The notes below the pieces were generated by a model that did not search any database, had not been told where the DNA came from, and was given only the letters and a program-made list of their open reading frames with translations. A DNA stretch of 64,000 nucleotides from assembly GCA_026770705.1 (NCBI GenBank), contig JANJGN010000004.1, positions 9,858,001 to 9,922,000 of the forward strand, given 5' to 3'. Origin of the DNA: Isurus oxyrinchus. Taxonomy: Eukaryota. Positions 37,669 through 50,917 of this stretch are shown here, one piece after another; the stretch's first letter is position 1, and each line of letters starts with the position of its first letter. The position numbers and the translations under genes are program-made.

Positions 37669-38094
37669 AAGCTCTGATGCTACTGGAGATACCAAAAACT
37701 GTCCAAACAAAAGGTCAAGTCCAAAACTGTAGCAGAAAAATTGCCTCAACATCATTGACGTCAAACCCCTCTCTCCCCTTGCCCAGTCAAAAATAGGAAC
37801 ATTACTCATTATTCTTAGGGCAGAATCGTCTCAGATTTGTACAAAGTGGGGGTAGTGGGCATGAGAAAGATGTTTTACCCATTGGCTGCAATGGTGGGTT
37901 TTCATGCCATATCGTCCCCTTCCTGCCTCATAAATTATGCAGTCATCGGAAAGATGCTGGATTTTTGGCTTGTGGCCTCCAATTTGCCCACCACATGATT
38001 AGCTCACCACTTCCTCACGCGGGGCACCATATTTAAACTGCAGCTGCATGCACAGTTCTCGACGCTTGTAGCCCAGGACTGCTCTGGTGAAGAC

Positions 38095-39800
38095 ACCCAA
38101 AAGCCAGGAAGGGTGCAGCCCCCCAATTCAGTGACACACCGCTGGCATGCCTTCTGGACAGTGTGGAGGCCTGCCGCAATGCCCGCTACCCCGGCTCTGG
38201 CCGCAAGAAGCCCACCAGTCTAACCACTCTGGCTTGGGAGTTGGGGACAGTGGTGGTCAGTGCCAATGCTGCACACAAGAGGTCGGCCATCCAGTGCAGA
38301 AAAGGATGAATGATTTAATCCGTGCTGCCAGGGTAAGTTAACTATCTCATTAATCTCAACTCACCCACTCACAAGCCCATCACACATTCACTGGCATCTT
38401 ACTCACTGCCAGCTCAAGGGACATCACCTCTGACTCTCTTACACACACCCTCACATCTCCATCCGGCCTCATCTCCCCTGGAGATTGCTTCCTCACCCTG
38501 TCCATCATTCCACTCTGCACTCATACACATCTGGCATCCTTCTCATTTGGCTTTGCATGCGCCTTGCTCACACTTGCTCCATCTGTCTTTATGCAGGACA
38601 AGATTGTGCACAATCAATGGAAGAGGTCCCAGACTGCGTATGGAGTGCCAGACATCAAGGTCCTCACTCTGTTTGAGTGTCACGCATAGGAGCTGGCTGG
38701 AGAGGATGTGGACCATTCCTGCAGCGATGATGAGGTTGGTGTCAAACATCCACGTGAGGATCCTGCACCACATCATCCCTCTCTCAACCCTACTCTGAGT
38801 CCACTGTTCTGTGTTCAATGTGGCTGCCAAGCACTAATAATCTCCTCTTTCTGTCCTAGGCACATTCCCCACATCTCCCTCAGGCAACTTTGACCCTGAC
38901 CCCAGCGCCGAGATCACCTTGGGTGAGGGCAGCACCGTTGAAGACCCGTCTCGGCGCTCACCCGCACCCTCCACCAGTGCAGTGATATACATCTTGGTGG
39001 GATCTAGATGTAGAGCAGCCTTGGGATCACAATCTGGTGAGCGCAGCACACAATCTGTTCCACAGTTGGCGGAGACAAGGACATCCTTGGTCACCGGCAC
39101 TCAGAAGACTGCTGGAGGAAAGGAGTTTGCTGAGTCCGAGTCAGATGATGAGCCTCTGGACTCGGTCCTCCATCAGTTGGTGGAGTTGCAAAGTCAACCA
39201 CAGGAACATCAGGAAGGGATGTCTGGTCCACTCTTCAGATTGCAAGAGACGATGGAAGTGATGAGATGATAGCACCAGCATGCTGGTACACCAAAGTGAA
39301 CACTGCCAGGATGGTGGCAGGCATGGAGACCTTGGTCCAGGACATTGGCCCTGCACTGTTGCACGGGTTGCACTCCATCACTGATGCCATAGTTGACTTT
39401 CAACAGTGTAAATACGAGAGGGATGTGGGGCAGCTCCATCCCACTCCAGCTTCCCCTTCTCCTCAAGGAGTCAGCCAGGGACCATTGAGCACCTATAGGG
39501 AGGAGGACCAGCAGCTCAACACTCCAGGGTCACCCACCCGAGTGACTCTGGGAATGTCTGGCCAATCTAAATCTCCTCTTCCTGTGTTCCCACCATCTCC
39601 AGCTCCACAGGCCAAGGAGAGTATACCTGGCCCACAGTAGACACCCAAAGCAGGCTGGGGTCCTCCAGGTCTCAGCCCTCCAGAGGGCGCACACCAAAGT
39701 CATCACAGATAGGGCATAGCAGTCAGCAGGCTACCTCCACTGTGGATGTTGAGGGAGCACCAGGATGTCACGGCAGTTTATGAAGTTTAAGAAGATGTAG
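38095..39800 (+). pseudogene. Harbinger Myb/SANT-like (trihelix) DNA-binding gene, three exons (~38095-38332, 38597-38753, 38860-39800)
   Basis: AAPQFSD..LLDSVE..LAW..VSANAAHKRSAIQCRK..MNDL..AR|gtaagt; tgcag|DKIVHNQ..QT..G..|gtgagg; cctag acceptor; in-frame stops and frameshifts. Confidence 0.8.
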
Positions 39801-40500
39801 TTGCACGGACTGGGCACAGGTGTGAATCACTTATACATAATGTTCACTATTGTAAATAATCTCCCAAGAATGTCTCCTTGTCTATGGATTCTTGTTAGGA
39901 TGAGCAGTGTTTGTGCCACTCAGGTGTGAAACCTTAATACCTGCACAAGATAAGGCAGGGCCTCCTCCCTGTGCAGTTTGTAACCTTCAGAGAAAAGTGA
40001 TGGTCCGGCTTCACATTCACTGGACACATCAGTGAGGTCTGCACCTCAACAGTGTTTGTCATTGTTGCTGGATTGTCTTGAGCAGGTGTCACAGAGTTCA
40101 AAGGCACTTCAGTGCCTTTGAAGTGGGGCTGGCCCCCCGCCATCTCTTCAGCGTCGGTGTCTAGTAATGGTGTGGTCCTGAAGGGGTCAGGTGCTGAAGG
40201 CTGACAAAGGATCAGGTGAATTCAAAGCTTCACAGCTGTATCTCCGTGATATGACTCTGATCACCGAGTTCAAGCGAGCTTCTCTCAGCCAGACAGGAGT
40301 CAGACGTTCACAGAGGCAATGTGAAGATCTATGGAGTGTCCTCACTACATGTCGTCATCATCCTCCTAGAATCTTGTGACTATTAAGACCTCCGCTTTGT
40401 CTCCATGACATGTGCCTGAGCACCAAGGGTATGTGTGCTGCCATCGGTCACACAGGAATAGAACTTTCACAGATGCAGGGTGAGGATGTCAGGTCTATCT

Positions 40501-41677
40501 TCACTGCACCTTGTCATCATCCCCCATGAATCTTGCAGCTATGAGGGCCTCCTAAACACACTTGCCTCGACTGGCCAGTGCTATGGCCTCATCACTGGCA
40601 TCCCCTTCACCATCCTCCTCGTTGGAGGAGACATGCAGCTCTTCCATCTACTCCTCATCCAGGTCCTCCCCTGTTGCAGCGCCAGGTTGTGGAGCGTGCA
40701 GTAGGTGATGATGATGTGTGACACTCTCTCAGGACTGTATTTCAGTGCTCCACTGGACCTGTTGAGGTACCCCAATCTCGTATCCAAAATGCCTATCATT
40801 TGCCCCATCAAAGTCCGGGTTGCAGCATGAGCCTGTCACTTTGCTGCAGTCTGAAGCTGCCGCACGGGCGTCATAGGCCAAGTCCTCTGTGTGTAGTCCT
40901 TGTCCCCAAGGAGCCATCCCTGCAGCCTCTCTGGATCCTGGAAGATGTCAGGCACCTGAGACCTGCTCAGGATGTAGGAGTCATGGACGCTGCCTGGGAA
41001 TCATGCGCAGACTTTAGGATGCATTTGAGATGGTCACGGACCAGCTGAACATTCAGGAAGCCCTTGTAGTTGACGTGGTTGACTGCCTGTTGCCATGGAG
41101 ATCTAAGTGTCACATGAGTGCAGTCAATGGCACCCTGCACCTGTGGAAAACCTGAGAGCTGTGCAAATCCCAGCGGTCTTGCTTCCTGGCTTTCCTGATC
41201 CTGGGTGAAATGCACAAAGTTTGTGAAGATGGCATCTGTGACCTCCTGGATACATGTGTGCATGGAGGCTTTCGAGATCCCACACAGGTCACCTGTGGAG
41301 CCCTGGAAGGAGCCACTGACATAAAAATTGAGTGCAGCTGTCTCTTTCACAGCCACTGGCAGCTGATGCCCTCCATGTCCCCGTGGCGCCAAATCCTGCA
41401 GCAGGTGGCCGACAAGTTCCCTGGATATGCACAGTCTTCGGCAACACTGGTTCTCAGTCATCTACAGGAATGACAGGAGCTGTCTATAAACCCTGAGACC
41501 GGCAAAGCACCGAAGAGTGACAGCTCTCTTTGGATCTTCAGCTGTGTGCCTGCTGCCCCTTCATCTTGAGGGAGGTGCTCCTCCCTTAGCCCGAGACAGG
41601 CACCTCCACCGCACTCTTCCGCTGCTTCTCTGCTCCCTATAGGCCATGAGGCATACCGCTAAATCACCAGGCTCCAT
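40501..41677 (-). pseudogene. Harbinger transposase (HARBI1-like), inactivated
   Basis: MTENQCCRRLCISRE, LPVAVKETAALNFYVSGSFQGSTGDLCGISKAS, GFPQVQGAIDCTHV, NVQLVRDH, WLLGDKDY, GALKYSPERVSHII..CTLHNLAL; frameshifts. Confidence 0.92.
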
Positions 41678-42949
41678 GACCCTGATGCTCTCCTCCTGCA
41701 GGATCAAAGAGGGAGATGCGTGGCTTAGCATAGAGACCTCTCTTGGTTAAGTTTGAAAACCCCTTCACGCATGCCAGAGAGTGCTGGCCACCACTTGGAT
41801 TGTCAGTTGTAGTGCGCTCACTGGCTGTCCGAGACCCCACCCACCTCCGCCCCACTCCACCTGACCGATTGGTGGCGGCTTTGCCCATTGGACTGCAGGC
41901 TGTGCTCTCAGCTCTGGCACAGGCATTCTCCTAACCCACACTGCAAGGCTGCCCTGTTAGCTTGAACCATGATGGATACTGGTCCAAACCTTAACAAAGA
42001 CATTGCAAGGAGCAGTGAGTGCCTTCACCAGTGACTGCACCATGGCCGCCTTTCGCAAATAGATTCTACGGCTTGCCCAGTCTGCCAATTGCTCAGCTGC
42101 TCCTTAAAATGCTTTTTAATTAGCAGTCTGTGCCAGAGGGATGAAAGTTTCTGCAGCATTTGGTGGCACGTTCATTCTTTTGCGTTGCTTGAGTGGACAG
42201 AAAGGTTTCAGAGGCCCGACTCCAAGCTATTGGTGGAGTTGTAGCTGAACGGTCCCAGCTGTGGAAGAATGCTCACTTTTGACGAGCTTGTCCAAGAGCG
42301 TGGCCGCTAACCAACCCCCCAACCCCACCTCCACCCCCACCCACCCCCCCCCCCCCCCCCGCCCCCCCACCAATACCCCACCCACCCTGGCATGTGCTGG
42401 CTTACTTCCTTCAGTCTATTCCCCCCCCTCCCACCCTCGCTTCCCCCGGCCTCACCCACACTGGAGCCCTTGCCCCGGCATCGCTCCGAAAGCAAGCTGG
42501 GAAATAGTGACTTGCCTGTTCCCCCCCTCCCCCAAATGCATGGCACCTCCTCCTTGATGTCCCTAAGGCCAATCCTTGCGAGAACCCTCCAGGTTGTGTG
42601 CACTCACCTCCGACTTCCCCTCCAAGTCCAGCTTGCCAGGTGGACGCCTTTGAGAGGCAGCTGTGGATCACGCCATTCTGAAGTCACACTGACATGGGTG
42701 GTAAATTTGACGTGGCTGGATGATTCTGGTGTGAGGGCGCAATGATGAGATACAAATGCATTCAAATTAAGTTCCCGATGTTGGACAGCAGGAAACGCAG
42801 TCCACCATTGACAGGTGGATCGCAAACTGGTCCCATGAAAGCGTGAAACCAATTTTTGGCCCTCTCTCCATATTGTTTGCTCCCATCTGCCTGTCGCCAA
42901 CAGGACTGGATGACTCTGCCCTGAGTCCTTTATACAATATTTTCCCCAT

Positions 42950-43750
42950 TAATATAGTACCTCTTTTTTAAAAAAAAGGGACAGAGCTAATCCAGGTAAT
43001 TACATGCCAATCAGCTTAACATCTATGGTAGAGAAAATATTAGCGTCATTAAAATAAGGATAAAATTGAAAGGTTCTGCTCAGTTTGCGAAGAGCAGAGG
43101 GATTTGTGGGTATGGCTTCATGGGGCATTAAAGACAACATGTCAGGTTGATAAGGCTGCAAATAAATCTAATGGAAATACAGTTTTTTTGTCACAAAAGA
43201 TGTAGGAGATAATGAGCTTGTTTAAAACCTTAATAAGAGATGACTTAGTGTATTGTGTGCAGTATTTAGCTCCATAGTAAAGGAAGGCTAGTGCAAATGC
43301 AGATACTGTCTGGTATGCAGAATAAAAATAGAAAGAATTGATAAAATGTCTGCTAAAACAACATAGATTACAGGGCAATATGATTGTATGATAAGGGTTC
43401 AAAATAATGAAAGAATGGAGCATCATAAACGGAAACAGACTCCTTTCAATATTTGAGGAGTCTATAATAAGGGTCGTGGATATAAAATATTACAAACTCA
43501 GCACAAGGACAGGAAAAAACTTCCATCACACAGAGAGTAATGAAACTAAAAGTCATCACCAGGGTTAATAGCTGATGCACAAATTACGCCAACATTGAAG
43601 ATGCGTTTGGATAGGTGGAAAAAGGAAACAGGCTTGTAAGAATATGGATACTGGCCAGAACTATTTAGTCTCATGGAAGGCACATACTAACATGGACCAG
43701 TAAGACCAAATGGCCTCTTCCTGTATTATCGCTTCTATGCATTTCTATGT
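42950..43750 (+). mobile_element. Old, internally deleted CR1 LINE remnant
   Basis: KKG.RANPGNYMPISLTS at ~42975; CR1-type 3' tail ending tttctatgttct. Confidence 0.65.
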
Positions 43751-43799
43751 TCTGGTGGCTGCTCAATGAACATGCCTGGTGAAGGAAAATTATGCAAGA

Positions 43800-44408
43800 T
43801 TAGACTAACCATATAAATACTGTGGCTACAAGAGCAGGTCAGAGGCTAACAATCCTGCGATGAGTAACCCACCTCCTGACTCTGCAAAGTCTGTCCACCA
43901 TCTACAAGGCACAAGTCAGGAGTGTGATGGAATACTCTCCACTTGCCTGGATGAGTGCAGCCCCCACAACACTCAAGAAGCTTGACACTGTCCAGGACAA
44001 AGCAGTCCACTTGATTGGCACCACATCACTCCCTCCACGACCGACGCACAGTAGCAGCAGAGTGTACCATCTACAAGATGCACTGCAGGAATTCACCAAG
44101 GCTCCTTTGATAGCACCTTCTAAACCCATGATCACTACCATCTAGAAGTACAAGGGCAACAGATAGATGGTAACACCACCACCTGGAAGTTCCCCTCTAA
44201 GTGACTCACCATCCTGACTTGGAAATATATCTTCGTTCCTTCACTGTCACTGGGTCAAAATTCTGGAACTCCCTTCCTAACAGCACTGTGGGTTTACTTA
44301 CACCACATGGACTGCAGCGGTTCAATAAGGCAGCTCACTACCACTTCTCAAGGGCAATTAGGGATGGCCAAGCCAGCAACGGCCACATCCCGTAAATTAA
44401 TCAAAAAA
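43800..44408 (+). mobile_element. CR1-clade LINE family B 3' fragment
   Basis: MEYSPLAWMSAAPTTLKKLDTVQDKA; family B tail. Confidence 0.9.
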
Positions 44409-44524
44409 AAAGTCTCAGTTTTCTGTATGATTTGTACATCACACAAATTCTCCTTTAGGACTGCTGTTCTGTCTTCTGATTCTCATCAGTTAAAAATAAT
44501 CACACTTTAGATTTAAAATAATTG

Positions 44525-47210
44525 GATAGGCCAGCATTTATTACTCATCCCTAATTGCCTGTGAGAAGGTGTGGTCAGCTGCATTCTTGAACTGCTGCAG
44601 TCCAAATGGTGTAGGTACACCCATAGTACTGTTAGGAAGGGAGTTCTGATCCAGCGGCCGTGAAGAAACAGTGATACAGTTCCAAATCAAGCTAGTGTAT
44701 GGCTTGGCGGTGAACTTGCAGGTGGTGGTGTTGCCATGTATATGGTGTCCTTGTCCTTCTTGGTGGTAGAGGTTACAGGTTTGGAAGGTGCTCTTGAAGG
44801 AGCCTTGATGAATTCCTGCAGTGCATTTTGTAGATGGTACACACTGCTGCTACTGTGCATCAGTGGTGGAGGTAGTGAATGTTGAAGGTGATGGATGGGG
44901 TGCCAGTCAAGTGGACTGCTTTCTCCTAGGTGGTGCTGAGCTTCTTGAATGTTGCTGGAGCTGCACTCATCCAGGCAAGTGGAGAATATTCCATCACACT
45001 CCTGACTTGTGCCTTGTAGATGATGGACAGGCTTCAGGGGTCAGGAGGTGAGTTACTCTCTGCAGAATTCCCAGTCTCCAACCTGTTCTTGTAAACACAG
45101 TATTTATATGGCTAGTCCAGTTCATGGCTGGTCCAGTTCCGTTTCTGGTCAATGGTAACCCTTCCAGAAGTTGATAGTGGGGGATTCAGCAATGGTAATG
45201 CCATTGTATGTCAAGGGGCGATGGTTGGGTTTTCTTTTGTTGGAGATGGTCATTGCCTGATACTTGTGTGGCAGAAATGTAATTTGACACTTATCAGCCC
45301 TAGCTTGAATGTTGTCTAGGTCTTGCTGCTTAAGGACATGAACTGCTTCAATACCTGAAGGTATCTGGTGCTAAACATTGTGCAATCATCAGTGAACATT
45401 CCCATTCCTCCATCTGATGAAAGGAAGGTCATTGAAGCAGCTGAAGATGGTTGGGCCTAGGACACTACCCTGAGCAATGCCTGCAGTGATATCCTGGAAC
45501 TGATATGATTGACTTCCAACAACCACAGCCATTTTCCTTTGTGCTAGGTATGACTCCAACCAGCAGAGGTTTTTCCCTGATTCCCATTGAATTCAGTTTT
45601 ACTAGGGCTCCTTGATGCCACACTCAATCAAATGCTGCCTTGATGTCAAGGGCAGTTACTTACTTTACCTTTTGAGTTTAGCTCTTTCGTCCATTGTTAT
45701 GACCGATGCGTTTGGTAAAGTGAAGTTATTTAAAAATCCCAGAGGGAAACTTTAAACAACTCTCATAATCAATAATTTTAAGTGTTATGTTTGAGATGCG
45801 ACTCTAAACTCAGTAATCAGACCACTAGTTCTCGAGGTTTTACATTAAACTAAATGAAACATTTTATTAATTACACAGGTTAAAATGTATACACATGGCT
45901 ACAAATGACTACTATCACAACTTTTAACAAGTTCCCAAACTAATCTCCATTAAGGCAACAACAACCCATAGACTTAACCAAAACTCCAGGCAAAGCATTT
46001 TCACCTTACAAATTCAAAATGAGGTTCTTTCCACTGTGGAGCCAGCTGGGGACTTACAGCTGCCTTTTGATCTTACATTGCCTCTGTCTGCATACCCCAA
46101 AACTGCGGAAGCTACACCTACCAGCCCCAATGAATGTTAATTCTCATTGTATCAACGACCTCTTTGAACTTCAAAAAAATGCACATACATGGTATCTCTC
46201 TGTTTACATCTCAGACTTGTACATCAAAACACCCAGACTAGCTGGCTTCAGTCCAATTAAGACACACCCACAGACTAAACCCCTATTTTAAAAGAAAAAT
46301 ATTTTCCAAAATATGATATGCATTTATAGCTTCAGGGCATCTATGTTTGGACCAAGGCTGTAATAAGACCAGTTCCTGAGTGGCTCTGGCAGAACCCAAA
46401 TTGATCATTAATGAGCAGGTTATTTCTGACTAAGTGCAGCTTGTTAGTACTGTCGGCGACCTCTTCCATCATTTTGTTGATGCTGAAGAGTAAACTGATG
46501 CCGGGTTGGATTTGTCTGCTTTTTTTGTATCGACATACCTGGGAAATTTTCCATATTGTCAGGTAGATGCCAGTGTCACAGCTCCACTGGAACAATTTGG
46601 CTAGGTGTGTGGCTAGCTCTGGAGCACAAGTCTTCAGTACTATTGCTGGAATGTTGTCAGGGCCTGTAGCTCTGGCAGTATCCAGTACCTTCAGCTGTTT
46701 CTTGATATTGTGTGGAGTGAATCAAATTTGCTGAAGACCAGCATTTATGATACTGGAAACCTCAGGAGGAGGCCAAGCTGGATCATCCACCCGGGACGTT
46801 TGGCTGAAGAGTGTTGCAAATGCTTCAGCCTTATCTTTTGCACTGATGTGCTGAGCTCCTCCATCATTGAGCTTGGGGATATTTGTGGAGCCTCCTCCTC
46901 CAGTGAGTTGTCCAACACCATTCACAACTGGATGTGGCAGGACTGCAGAGCTTAGATCTGATCCTTTGGTTATGGGATCGCTTAGCTCTGACTATCGCAT
47001 GCTGCTTATGCTGTTCGGCGCACAACTAGTCTGCTGTTGTAGCTTCAGCAGGTTGACACCTCATTTCTAGGTATGCCTTGTGCTGCCCTCCTGCACTCTT
47101 CATTGGGGTTGATCCCCTGGCTTGATGGTCATGGTAGAGTGGGGGATGTGCTGGGCCAGGAAGTTACAGATCGTGGCTGTATACAATTCTACCTTTGCTA
47201 ATGGCCTGCA
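44525..47210 (-). mobile_element. CR1-clade LINE family B (RT and 3' end), interrupted by a solo LTR
   Basis: Reverse-complement homolog of ~20000-21980 (QLTGGGGSTNIP, KDKAEAFATLFSQ, DQFGFCQSHS..LITALVQT). Confidence 0.9.
45695..46339 (-). mobile_element. Solo LTR nested in a LINE
   Basis: TGTTATGA...TCAGGGCA termini; 5-bp TSD TCCAT/TCTAT; LINE sequence resumes exactly across the insertion; minus-strand AATAAA at ~45865. Confidence 0.78.
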
Positions 47211-48479
47211 GTGGCGTTTTCATGTGTTTATAATTGCGGATCACATTTGGCAGCCAGCTGAGAGCTATGGGCTAGTGCCAGTCATGTTATTATGTGCAGA
47301 CCTGCAGTTCAGCATAGGCACAAAATAATTATCAGCTTGGAATGAGCACAATACTGAAGATTGCTCAGCTACCTGTTTTGTTTCAGTTGAAATGTTGGCC
47401 TGGAGTTTTATCCTCGAGGCAGCTAATGGTGTACTGTGCGAATTGGGAAAATTCCTGACTTTGTGCGCTCGGGGTGGGGAGGGCAGCTCACCCTAGAAAC
47501 ACTTCTTAGGCAGAGACAGCATAACTGAACTGGGAGGTGGGCTTTTCATGACTCAGAACTTATATAAAAGACCGGCCTGGAAGGCAGTCACTGTGATAGG
47601 AAGGAAGTTGCCAAGAGTTCACAACCCTTTGTGGGAGGACACTTCGGAAGCCGTCAGGTGAGTGAAAGTTGCAAAGGTTGGCCAACTGGTTTTTAATGCT
47701 GTAAGAGATGGCCCATCATGTGTTTTTCATAGGAAACTTTAGATTGTGAAGTTTGGTCACTGGAAATGTGTAAAGAGTGTTGCAGTCATTCACTGTTGCC
47801 AAAGGCACCTCTCCCAGCCATTTAGATGTCTGCAGCTGCAGCAGGTCATGGTCCTGTGCATCAAGTGAAGTAAGCACTGTAACCTGAGGGCTGGTTTCAG
47901 GACCCCACATGCAAATCCTTAATGTTCTGCCACATGCCCTCTTACATGTCACAATTTCAAATGTGAGCATCCAAAAGTAGCTTGCCCATAACAGTGGCAT
48001 CAGCACGCTGTCTTCCCTGGCCTTTGTGACTCCAAGGGAGTACTCCAGCAGGGTCCTATAAGCTCCAGAGCACAAGATGCCATATAGCGGTGCTCACATA
48101 TAAGAACAGTGCATCCAAAGAGTCTTGTCAACTCTCCAGAATTGCCCTCGACTCTAAAACAATGGATGGAAAGGCTATTTGGACACAAGAGTTCATATGA
48201 TGGAACCCCCAGGAATATGTCCTACTGCAGCTGACAACCATGCAGCCACTTTATGATTGAACTATACCCCCACTGCCCCACCAACAATGTTGGTCTGTGC
48301 ACGGCTCAGGATTGAAGATGCAGCAGGAGATTGCACACAGGTATTGAGTAGCACCACACACAGCGAGAATCCTTACTCATCGATGTGCTTTATTCCTTGT
48401 GATGGCAGAATGTCCTAGAGGAGCATCGTGAATGTGTCTCATGGATTAAATGTACCCAGGTTCTATGACCAGGACCTAG

Positions 48480-48690
48480 AGATCCTGGCACAGGACATTG
48501 CTTGTTGCAGAGTTCCCAACCTCTGACTTGCTCTTGTAGCCATGCCTTGTCCAATTCAGTTTCAGGTTAATGGTAACCTCCAGGATGTTGATAGTGGGGC
48601 ATTCCATGATAGTAATCCTATTGAATGTCAAGGCAAGACAATTAGTTTCTCTCTTGTTGAAGGTTGTCATTGCCTAGCACATGGGACAAA
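48480..48690 (-). mobile_element. LINE family B internal fragment
   Basis: MTTFNKRETNCLALTFNRITIMECPTINILEVTI is homologous to 21265-21380. Confidence 0.72.
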
Positions 48691-48989
48691 TGTTAATTTA
48701 TGCGACTCAGTCTTGATTTGCATTGTTTCTGTTTCTGTCAATCAATCACATCTGCACGTGCTAAGTCTCAGCCAACACTGCACTCTTGACATATGACCCA
48801 GGCTACACTTAGTCACTGATGACTTGTCTCTCTATATTTGACAGCATCCAAAATACACTTGCAGGCTCCTCTGTCACGTGGTACCTCAAGATCTATCCTG
48901 TAATGTGGCTGAGTGCAGTCTTCTAATGGTGAAAATTTCAACCATTGTAGTGCCAGAGTCTCAATGCAGAACTTCAAGTGCCTCTGTAT

Positions 48990-50917
48990 TAGGATCTCCC
49001 TATTGATTATGGCATCAGGTGCAAAGCAGAGCCTGGGTATACTGGCACACCTTTCAACATTTCCACCATTGTGCCCCTCCTCACCCTCCTCAGTTACATC
49101 TTCACCTGAGGTAAATGGCTCCTCCTCCTCGACCTTTTCTTCTTCCTGATGAGCAGTCTTCTTCACCGGGCCCCGGATCTTACTTTTGAATATGCCTTTG
49201 CAACGCCATATTATGCAGCAGGCCACCACTATTCTTGATATCCTTTCGGGTGAGTATTGCAGTGCTCCTCTGTGCAGTCTAGGCACTGGAAACACATTTT
49301 AAAAATGCCAATAGCCTGCTTGATGGTTGCCCTGTTCTGAAGGCGACCATGTTATGATGCTGTTCCGGCACCATTTCCAGATGGCGCAATGGAGCAAGCA
49401 GCCAGCTCCTGAATGGGTAACCTTTTTCCCCCCAGTAGCCAGTCACAGGCCTGGGTGTAGGCTCAAACAGGGGTGGAAGGTTTGATCCCCTCAAGATGAA
49501 TGAGCCATGGCTACTTCCAGGGAATCTTGCACAGACATGGAGGAAAACATTATTGTTGTCACACACAAGCTGGAAGTTGATGGAGTAAAAAGACTTTCTA
49601 TGCATTTATCAGTGAGCCTCCTGTGGTGGTGCTTTGTTGGTAATGTGTGTGCAATCTGTTATGCCTTGCGCTTGTGGAAAGCCTACTGTTGACATGAACC
49701 TCATTGCTCTTTGGCTCTGAGACTCCACATCTGTAATGAATTTAATGTGCTCCCCTACCAACAAGAGAGAATCCAACCATCTCCCTTTGGCATTCAATGG
49801 CATTACCATCACTGAATCCCCCACTCTCAATTTCCTTGGGGTAGCCATTGAGCAGAAATTGAACTAAACCACCTACAGAAATACTGTGGCTACCAGAGTA
49901 GGTCAGAGACTGGAAATTCTGCAATGAGTAATTCTTGACTCCCCAAATCCTGCTCACCATCTACATGGCAGAAGTCAGGAGTGTGATGGAATTCTCTCCA
50001 CTTGCCTGGATGAAAGCAGCTCCAACAACAGTCAACAAGCTCAATGCCATCCGGGACAAAGCAGCCTACTTGATTGGCACCCCATCCACCATTTTCAGCA
50101 TCCACTCACTCCACCGCTGATGCAGAGTGGCCACAGTGTGTGCCATCTACATGATGCACTGCCGCAACTCACCAATGCTTCTTCGGCAGCACCTTCCAAA
50201 CCCGTGACCTCTACCACCAAGAAGAAGAAGTACAGCTGGCACATGGGAATGCCACCGCCTGCAAATTCCCATCCAAGTGGCTCGTCATCTGGACTGGAAA
50301 ATACATCACTGTTGCTGGGTCAAAATCCTGGAACTCTCTTCCTAACAGCAATGTGGGTGTACCTACATGATATGGAATGCAGCAGTTCAAGGGCCAGCGC
50401 ACCACTTCTGAAGGGCAATTGGGGCTGGGCAATAAATGTTGGCCTAGCCGGCTATCCCCACATCCCATAAAAGAATATAAAAAAAAACACTTGCAAAGAA
50501 GACTTCAGTTACTGCTGCTATGTACCTATGGGCAGCTGACTGTGAGATGCTGGAGAGATCTGCCGCAGAGCCCTGGAAGGGCACAAATACATAAAAGTTG
50601 AGGGCCACAGTGACACTGACAGCTATCAGCATGTACACCAGTTGCTCGAGGCACGACGTCTGCCTCCATATGGCACAGATCTTACTGACCATATCCCGAG
50701 ACACCCGAAGCCGTCGCCTACATTGCTTCTCACTCATGTCCAGGAAGCTAAAACCGTTCCTGTACACCCTTTATTCAGGGTAATATCTCACCTTCCTCCT
50801 CCTTGCTGCCCTGCCTGGGGACTCTGCCAACTCGTGCCCGGGTACCCTGGCTCTAGCCGTACACTGCTGCTGGTGGCTTTTCTCCATATTGTTCATGTGT
50901 GAAGGTTATGCACCCAT
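48990..50917 (-). pseudogene. Harbinger transposase, split by a LINE insertion
   Basis: FSFLDMSEKQCRRRLRVSR, VTVALNFY..FQGSAADLSSISQSAAHRYI | GFPQAQGITDCTHI, RKSFYSINFQLVCD, CARFPGSSHGSFIL, GALQYSPERISRIVVACC. Confidence 0.88.
49757..50488 (+). mobile_element. CR1-clade LINE family B 3' fragment nested in the transposase
   Basis: VRSVMEFSPLAWMKAAPTT; family B tail plus A-rich end. Confidence 0.9.

Larger units (their letters stand above)
37818..42921. mobile_element. Full-length decayed PIF/Harbinger DNA transposon
   Basis: TIRs GGGCAGAATCGTC / GATGACTCTGCCC, flanked by TTA and TGA (3-bp TSD with one mismatch); convergent Myb/SANT-like and transposase genes. Confidence 0.9.
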
